This document shows, one piece after another, positions 26,162 to 31,896 of a stretch of 43,374 nt of DNA. Positions within the stretch are counted from its first letter, which is position 1, and each line of letters starts with the position of its first letter. The notes beneath the pieces are model-generated. The model saw nothing but the letters and a program-made list of their open reading frames with translations. It was not told the DNA's origin and searched no databases. Source of the stretch: Spirochaetia bacterium (lineage in GTDB: Bacteria; Spirochaetota; Spirochaetia; JABMQR01); NCBI GenBank assembly GCA_016784705.1, contig JADHUD010000001.1:1-43374 (forward strand), given 5' to 3'. Position numbers and translations under genes: made by a program.

Positions 26162-26551
26162 CTAGGTTCTTTTAAATATTTTCTTTACAAGCCTCACAAT
26201 AAAATGGATGAATATCTTAATAATACCTGGATTTCTTATCTTATCAATTTTAGAAAACCCATCTGATAATTCAGAAGTGGACAAAGCCCGACGGTAGAGG
26301 TTTTCATCTATTTCCATCTGAACCTTGGCTACTTCAGAAGGGGCGTGAATAACATGAACTTCAATAGTCGGCCATCCAAGGCGCCTAATTGATTCCAGCC
26401 TTCTTTCTCCGGCTATAAGTTCCTTGCGCTCATTTACAACTATTGGATTAAGGAGCCCATGTGTTTTTATACTTTCCATTAACTGTGTAAGATCACCGAG
26501 ATCTTTTCGAATTCTTTTTTTTACTTTAATTTCATCGGTTCTTATCTGCAT
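26162..26551 (-). CDS. Stand-alone ParB/Srx N-terminal-domain protein (129 aa) with hydrophobic-basic C-terminal tail
   Basis: LNPIVVNERKELIAGERRLESIRRLGW matches the ParB N-domain GxxR box. There is no HTH or dimerisation domain. The C-terminus GIIKIFIHFIVRLVKKIFKRT looks amphipathic. Confidence 0.7.
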   Translation of the reverse strand: MQIRTDEIKVKKRIRKDLGDLTQLMESIKTHGLLNPIVVNERKELIAGERRLESIRRLGWPTIEVHVIHAPSEVAKVQMEIDENLYRRALSTSELSDGFSKIDKIRNPGIIKIFIHFIVRLVKKIFKRT

Positions 26552-26998
26552 AATATCTCAGCTTACTTTTTTAGATTCAATTTCAAAAATAAAAAATTAA
26601 TTTCGGTATCAAACATAAATCAAACAACCTGCAGTCATCAAAAGTTTCATTAAATAGATGTATTCTAAGGAACTTGAAATTACAATTCCATACCTGCTTC
26701 TAAATTTAGATTGTATTTAATATACACAAGAAGATTTAGATTTTAATTCAATTATTACTTTTTATTTAATAACTTTTAAAAAGATTATTTACTAAAAAAA
26801 TCTATTTTTTATTTGTACCTCAATTAACTAATAGTCTACAGTATGTAACAATCCCTGTAAAATGAAAAGTAGTTATTCTGTTGTTCTGCAGTTGTTAGGA
26901 ATAGAGTATTTTGCAAATGGCAACAAAGATGAAAGAATCAAGGAATGCAGAAAGCACCCGCTGGTTATATAAAGTTATAGGAATGATCTTTTGAGTCA

Positions 26999-28468
26999 TT
27001 ACCTGTTCTGCAGAAAAATAGTTTCCAGGACAGAATCTTTTAGTGCAAAAAAATCTGCTGATTCATTCTCTACCGGTAAGTCCGGGTACAAAGCATCAGA
27101 ATTATCCCCCGGAATCATAATAAAATAGTTTGTAGACCATGAAATAATATTACCTGAAGGCAGCTGAGTACTCCTTACTTCACCATAGTGGTTTGGTTTA
27201 CCGCCGGTTGGACTTCCCACAAGAATTCCGTTAAATTTTTGGGAAAGCTCAACTGCATTCATTAATCCTGAAGAAAAAGTATTTGGACCAATAATTATAA
27301 AAAGCCTGGATTGACTCAGTTCGTTATACAGAAGGGAGTAGAGCGGTTTTATGATTCGGGAATCCCCTCCGCTGTTATTCCTAAGATCTACAACTACGTT
27401 GTCAATAGGATGTCCTTCAAGGTCTGAATACTGCTTACTGATAAAATTTGAAAAAGAGTGTTCAGGATCATTCTTACAAGAATTATAGAGGATATACAAC
27501 AATTTTTCTGAAGGGTAATAGACACCTCTATACATATCTTTGCTGTACTGCAGATATGGAGGGAGCAGTGTTCTATCTGCAGGATAAGTGTCATCATAAA
27601 ATACAACCCAATTAAGATCCTTGAAAGTAATTAATTTTCTGGACTCAAAGTATATCGTTTCACTTTCTCCTCCAGGAAAACGAAAGGTCATCTCACATGC
27701 TTCTCTTGAGGATATTATTCCTGCCCCATAAAGTAATTGGGGATCCAGTAGAGCGGATGACATAAGACTTCTTACATATCCTTCGTTTTCATGGGAAAGA
27801 ATTGAAGTTAAAATAGAAAAAACACTCACAGTTTCAGCTGCTTTCAAAGAGTAGACTCCGGAATTATCAGAGTGTTTATTACTATCTGGTGAAAAGATTG
27901 GGATTCCATTTATCGCAATCAGCTCAACTTCTGCAGCAGTGGGGTTTTCTTCTTTTATTCTGACGAGATTCCTGTGTTCTTCCAGCGAAGCAGTAACAAA
28001 AACACCATCTTTTAAAACTACAAGATTTAAGGGGAAAGCATCGGTCATGATTGAAGAATAGGCTGTATGGGCATCACCAATTGATGTGGTAAATTCCCGT
28101 ATTTTAACCCATCTCTGCTCGGGTTCTAGGTCGGTACATTCCTCTTTCAGTTTTTGTATATTCTGATGGTATTTCTCCTTGGTTAAGGAATGATAAATGT
28201 TTTTATGTAAATTTGGTAATACATTTTCTAGAAAGTATATATCTCCCTGCCAAGGTTCTAGCTTCCCTGCAAGATCAGCAGGGAGATGATACACTGGACC
28301 AGGTTGTAAAACACAGGAACTTATGATTATCAGTAGTAAAATCAATAGTATTAATGTGAAAATTTTCTTGAATTGCAAGTGAAAACTCCCCTGTTGGAAA
28401 ACCAAATACTTTTTATATACTACCACAGGCTTTGGCTGTTTTTGGATACGTTTATAGGAGTTTTTCAA
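26999..28468 (-). CDS. S41-family (C-terminal-processing/tricorn-core-like) peptidase domain protein, probable lipoprotein
   Basis: Signal sequence plus lipobox-like IIISSC. VVVDLRNNSGGDS and GPNTFSSGLM motifs are typical of the S41 catalytic domain. Confidence 0.7.
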   Translation of the reverse strand: MKNSYKRIQKQPKPVVVYKKYLVFQQGSFHLQFKKIFTLILLILLLIIISSCVLQPGPVYHLPADLAGKLEPWQGDIYFLENVLPNLHKNIYHSLTKEKYHQNIQKLKEECTDLEPEQRWVKIREFTTSIGDAHTAYSSIMTDAFPLNLVVLKDGVFVTASLEEHRNLVRIKEENPTAAEVELIAINGIPIFSPDSNKHSDNSGVYSLKAAETVSVFSILTSILSHENEGYVRSLMSSALLDPQLLYGAGIISSREACEMTFRFPGGESETIYFESRKLITFKDLNWVVFYDDTYPADRTLLPPYLQYSKDMYRGVYYPSEKLLYILYNSCKNDPEHSFSNFISKQYSDLEGHPIDNVVVDLRNNSGGDSRIIKPLYSLLYNELSQSRLFIIIGPNTFSSGLMNAVELSQKFNGILVGSPTGGKPNHYGEVRSTQLPSGNIISWSTNYFIMIPGDNSDALYPDLPVENESADFFALKDSVLETIFLQNR

Positions 28469-28658
28469 TAAATCTCTTTCCAGTAAAACCTGCTAACAAA
28501 ATTGTCAACTTGAAAGCTGGAGAAATGCCAAGAAACCAGCATCTTACATTGTGCGGACAGTTTTCTGAGTTTCAGCTTTCGGAAAATGCTTTACAAAAAA
28601 AGCCCATCGGGATATCCGAAAGGCTATTCATTTGTTGCTTAATAATAATGTAATTAAG

Positions 28659-28729
28659 AGCGTCTGATCGGAATTGAACCGACGTCATCAGCTTGGAAGG
28701 CTGAGGTAATACCATTATACGACAGACGC
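28659..28729 (-). tRNA. tRNA-Gly (anticodon UCC)
   Basis: Minus strand reads GCGUCUG..UCAGC-CUUCCAA-GCUGA..GUCGG-UUCAAUU-CCGAU-CAGACGC-U. Good cloverleaf, no encoded CCA. Confidence 0.9.
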
Positions 28730-28749
28730 TTGTACAATTTTCTTTACTA

Positions 28750-28778
28750 TATATAACGTAAAATAATTTGATGGTCAA
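28750..28778 (-). promoter_or_regulatory. Putative sigma-70 promoter of tRNA-Gly
   Basis: Minus strand has TTGACC (28778-28773), a 17-nt spacer, then TATATA (28755-28750), ~20 nt upstream of the mature 5' end. Confidence 0.55.
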
Positions 28779-28805
28779 GAGCATTGGTGATTTTGATGAT
28801 TTTTA

Positions 28806-28829
28806 TTTATCAAAAAACTTTTTGATAAA
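28806..28829. repeat. A/T-only palindrome TTTATCAAAAA-AC-TTTTTGATAAA
   Basis: Perfect 11-bp arms at 28806-28816 and 28819-28829, between the divergent tRNA-Gly and PUR-protein genes. Confidence 0.85.
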
Positions 28830-28951
28830 ATACAAATTCTGGTATCTTAAATTTCATGCTTGAAAAAACTTTACAAAACATGTATCAAGAGGTTGAAGTA
28901 TTTTCAAATAAGGTTTGAAAAGTTATTAATCAGATTTGATTGAATAAAGGG

Positions 28952-29191
28952 ATGGGTTTTATGGGATTACGCGGGGAAGTTTTTTCGACAAAATTTGCAA
29001 CAGATAAGAGAACATATTTTTTTAACATAAAAGAGAATAGATATGGAGATCTTTTTCTTAATATCGTTGAGAGTAAGAAAAACAGCTCAGAAGGTTTTGA
29101 GAGGCAATCTGTAATTGTATTTGAAGAAGATCTGCAGGGTTTTGTTGCTGAATTTCAGAAAAGTTTGGATTTCATTAAGAAAAAGAAATAG
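28952..29191 (+). CDS. PUR-repeat (Pur-alpha-like, DUF3276) nucleic-acid-binding protein
   Basis: GEVFSTKFATDKRTYFFNIKENRYGDLFLNIVESKK..QSVIVFEEDLQGFVAEFQKSL matches the single PUR repeat known from Borrelia and Bacteroidetes. The start is ambiguous (TTG 28940, ATG 28952 or ATG 28961). Confidence 0.75.
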   Translation: MGFMGLRGEVFSTKFATDKRTYFFNIKENRYGDLFLNIVESKKNSSEGFERQSVIVFEEDLQGFVAEFQKSLDFIKKKK

Positions 29192-29285
29192 CTCAAAAGA
29201 AATATATAAATTAAGGCAATTCAAGAAATTAAAAATAATTAATCTATACTTTAATAAGATTTTCCAGGAAATTATAAAAAAATTC

Positions 29286-29858
29286 TCAATTATCAGTAAA
29301 GCTTCCGATGCTGAAACTTTTACGGTGTATTGGGGATATACCAAACTCATGGCATTTTAAACGATGTTCTTTTGTTGGATAACCTTTATGCTTTTCAAAA
29401 CCCCACTCAGGATAAATTTTAGAAATTTTTTCCATCCATAGATCTCTAGCAGTTTTAGCAAGAATTGAAGCGGCCATTATTTCATGAATGAGTGAGTCGC
29501 CTCTTATTACTGCAGCGGTCGGGACATCTATTGCCGGGGTGTATTTTCCGTCTACAATTACTTCACAATTGTCTTTTACCCAGCTTGGAAGCTTTTCAAA
29601 TGCACGCTTCATGGTTATAAGAGTTGCTTTATGAATATTAACTGAATCAATCGTTGCCGGAGCTGCCCATGCCACTGACCATGCAATTGCAAGCTCTTTA
29701 ATAATCATTTCAGCTTTCAAACGGTTTGATTTACTTAATTTTTTGGAATCAGCTAAAATTTCAATAGGAAAATCATCGGGTAGTACAACTGCTGATGCTG
29801 TTACCGGACCTGCCAGCGGGCCTCTGCCTGCTTCATCAATGCCGCAAATATATTTCAT
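29286..29858 (-). CDS. rnhB: Ribonuclease HII
   Basis: The ICGIDEAGRGPLAGPV catalytic motif at the N-terminus, DSKKLS, and a length of 190 aa. Confidence 0.92.
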   Translation of the reverse strand: MKYICGIDEAGRGPLAGPVTASAVVLPDDFPIEILADSKKLSKSNRLKAEMIIKELAIAWSVAWAAPATIDSVNIHKATLITMKRAFEKLPSWVKDNCEVIVDGKYTPAIDVPTAAVIRGDSLIHEIMAASILAKTARDLWMEKISKIYPEWGFEKHKGYPTKEHRLKCHEFGISPIHRKSFSIGSFTDN

Positions 29859-29910
29859 AGCATTAATATAATATAATTTTAATCAATTGTCATTGCAGTT
29901 TTGTTAATAT

Positions 29911-29935
29911 CCTGAATTCCCGAACAATTATAACG
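29911..29935. repeat. IS left terminal inverted repeat
   Basis: CCTGAATTCCCGAACAATTATAACG is the exact reverse complement of 31628-31652. Confidence 0.92.
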
Positions 29936-29993
29936 TGGTGTGCTAAAACCCTTAATTTACGTTAAATTACCGCAGTTTTCCCTTGAATTAATT

Positions 29994-30027
29994 CCCCATC
30001 CACGTTATAATTATAACGTGGATGGGG
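29994..30027. repeat. Perfect 34-bp palindrome in the IS leader
   Basis: CCCCATCCACGTTATAA (29994-30010) and TTATAACGTGGATGGGG (30011-30027) are exact reverse complements with no spacer. They overlap the first candidate ATG (30022) and sit just upstream of the second (30037). Confidence 0.9.
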
Positions 30028-31635
30028 GGTGATTTTATGGCTCTTGTATATGTGAATAATAAGAAAAATGGCACTACGTATGTGTATGAAGCAACTAACT
30101 ATTGGGACAAAGAGAAAAAACAATCGAGAAGTACGCGTATCTGCATAGGCAAATTGGATGGGGACGGTACACTTATCCGGTCAAAACGTTTGAGTGAATC
30201 AGGAGAGGTCTTGCCATTGAAGCGAGGACCAGTTCCAGCGATTCAAGCAACGCGCAGTTTTTATGGGGCAACCTATCTTTTTACTGCGTTAGGCGATAAG
30301 CTTGCAATAACCAAAGACTTGAAAACCTGCTTCCCAGATAGCTACAAGCAGTTATTATCTATTGCGTATTACCTGATTCTTGAAGACAGAAATCCATTAA
30401 GTCGTTTTCCTAAATGGGAACGTACGCACAAACACCCGTATGGGGAAAATATTGTATCGCAAAGAAGCAGTGAGTTTTTTTCCTCTATTACTGAAGAAAG
30501 CAAAGAACAGTTTTTCCGGCTTCAGGGAAAACGCCGAACTGAAAATGAATATTGGGCATACGATACCACCAGTATTTCATCTTACTCAGAATCATTAAAA
30601 CAGGTCAAGTTTGGCAAGAATAAGGATCATGACCCCCTTGCACAGATTAATCTTGCCTTATTGTTTGGAGAAACCTCTAATCTGCCTTTTTATTATCGGA
30701 AGCTGCCGGGAAACATCCCTGATGTGAAAACGGTGAAGAATCTTATCGCTGACATGGACTTCCTGGATTTTGGCAAAGTGAAACTGGTACTGGATCGTGG
30801 ATTCTACAGCGAGAATAATGTTAATGCACTGTATCGTAATCACCTGAAATTCTTACTGGCCACCAAAGTGTCCTTAAAATTTGTACGGAGAGAGTTGGAT
30901 AGTGTACGGGATACCATTCGGACCAGAGCAAACTATCATGCTCAGTACCAACTCCATACCCATACCGCCATGATTTCCTGGGATTACACCCAAGAACGTC
31001 TTTACAAAGGAGATGTGATCAAAGATACACGAAGAATGTATCTGCATATCTACTACAATGGCGAAAAAGCACTTGAGAGTGAGAATAGATTCAATGCTCT
31101 TCTTGATCTGCTTAAAGAGGAATTAATTTCCGGCAAACGAAATCCTGAGCATGAAAAACAATATCAGAAATATTTTGAGATAACCATGACTCCAATAAGA
31201 GGAGTAAAAGTTACAGCGAAACAGGAGGCAATAGATACTGCTGAAAAAGACTTTGGCTTTTTTGCCTTGATTAGCAATGAAATCAAAGAACCGATAGAGG
31301 CCTTGAGAATTTATCGAAACAAGGATTTGGTGGAAAAAGCTTTTGGAAACCTGAAAGAACGGTTAAACATGCGCCGCACGACGGTTTCTTCAGACAGTGC
31401 CTTAGAGGGCAAATTGTTTGTGCAGTTTGTCGCGTTAATCTATTTGTCCTATATAAAGAAACAGATGTCAGATCAGGAACTGTATAAAAAATATACGATG
31501 CAGGAACTCCTGGATGAATTTGATGTCATTGAATGCTTCGAACAACCTGGGAAAAACATACGGATTGGGGAAATGACTAGGAAGCAAGAGGATCTTTATC
31601 GAAAGCTGGGTGTGGAGCCTCCAACCTCGTTATAA
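30022..31635 (+). CDS. DDE transposase (IS4 superfamily / IS1634-like)
   Basis: Candidate catalytic D residues (AYDTTSISS and VLDRGFYS) and a Y-x2-K-x3-E-x6-K block (IYRNKDLVEKAFGNLK), resembling the IS4-type YREK signature. An alternative start is the ATG at 30037. Confidence 0.85.
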   Translation: MGGDFMALVYVNNKKNGTTYVYEATNYWDKEKKQSRSTRICIGKLDGDGTLIRSKRLSESGEVLPLKRGPVPAIQATRSFYGATYLFTALGDKLAITKDLKTCFPDSYKQLLSIAYYLILEDRNPLSRFPKWERTHKHPYGENIVSQRSSEFFSSITEESKEQFFRLQGKRRTENEYWAYDTTSISSYSESLKQVKFGKNKDHDPLAQINLALLFGETSNLPFYYRKLPGNIPDVKTVKNLIADMDFLDFGKVKLVLDRGFYSENNVNALYRNHLKFLLATKVSLKFVRRELDSVRDTIRTRANYHAQYQLHTHTAMISWDYTQERLYKGDVIKDTRRMYLHIYYNGEKALESENRFNALLDLLKEELISGKRNPEHEKQYQKYFEITMTPIRGVKVTAKQEAIDTAEKDFGFFALISNEIKEPIEALRIYRNKDLVEKAFGNLKERLNMRRTTVSSDSALEGKLFVQFVALIYLSYIKKQMSDQELYKKYTMQELLDEFDVIECFEQPGKNIRIGEMTRKQEDLYRKLGVEPPTSL

Positions 31636-31652
31636 TTGTTCGGGAATTCAGG
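31628..31652. repeat. IS right terminal inverted repeat
   Basis: CGTTATAATTGTTCGGGAATTCAGG. It overlaps the last codons and the stop of the transposase ORF. Confidence 0.92.
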
Positions 31653-31896
31653 TAATATAGCTATAAGTCTGAAAACTTCAAGATTTAACCAAATCATCCA
31701 AAAGGAAAGGTAACGAATTCGACCTGAGCAGCAGATCTGAGCAGCAGGTAAAAAGACTGCTTTAACGGTTATAGTAGAAGCTGGTTAAAGTAGAAGCATT
31801 GGTGTTCTTGAATTATAAAAGAAACTCATGATATATTGATTTTATAAAATTTTATTTTCAAAATAAAAAAATTTGTTCATATAAATGTGAGGTTCA

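Larger units (their letters stand above)
29911..31652 (+). mobile_element. Intact insertion sequence, IS4 superfamily (IS1634-like), 1742 bp
   Basis: Perfect 25-bp terminal inverted repeats, one 537-aa DDE transposase ORF, and a flanking 6-bp direct duplication TAATAT (29905-29910 and 31653-31658). Confidence 0.9.

Noticed and set aside
26917-26994. A 25-codon plus-strand ORF (MATKMKESRNAESTRWLYKVIGMIF) in the AT-rich gap.
   Set aside because: It has no SD and ends against the stop of the convergent S41 gene. It is too short to support without conservation data.
28432-28784. Two track ORFs (28432-28653 plus strand and 28572-28784 minus strand).
   Set aside because: They cover the S41 gene upstream region and tRNA-Gly with its promoter. 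They have no RBS and low-complexity translation.
26552-28940. A replication origin or dif site in the AT-rich intergenic regions near the ParB-like gene.
   Set aside because: There are no clustered TTATCCACA-type DnaA boxes, no dnaA/dnaN nearby and no recognisable XerCD-type dif core. The ParB-like protein also lacks a DNA-binding domain.
29087-29360. Overlapping 81-87-aa ORFs on both strands between the PUR gene and rnhB.
   Set aside because: They give Lys/Ile/Phe-rich low-complexity translations of an A/T-rich spacer and overlap the real PUR and rnhB ends, so they are typical AT-rich noise.
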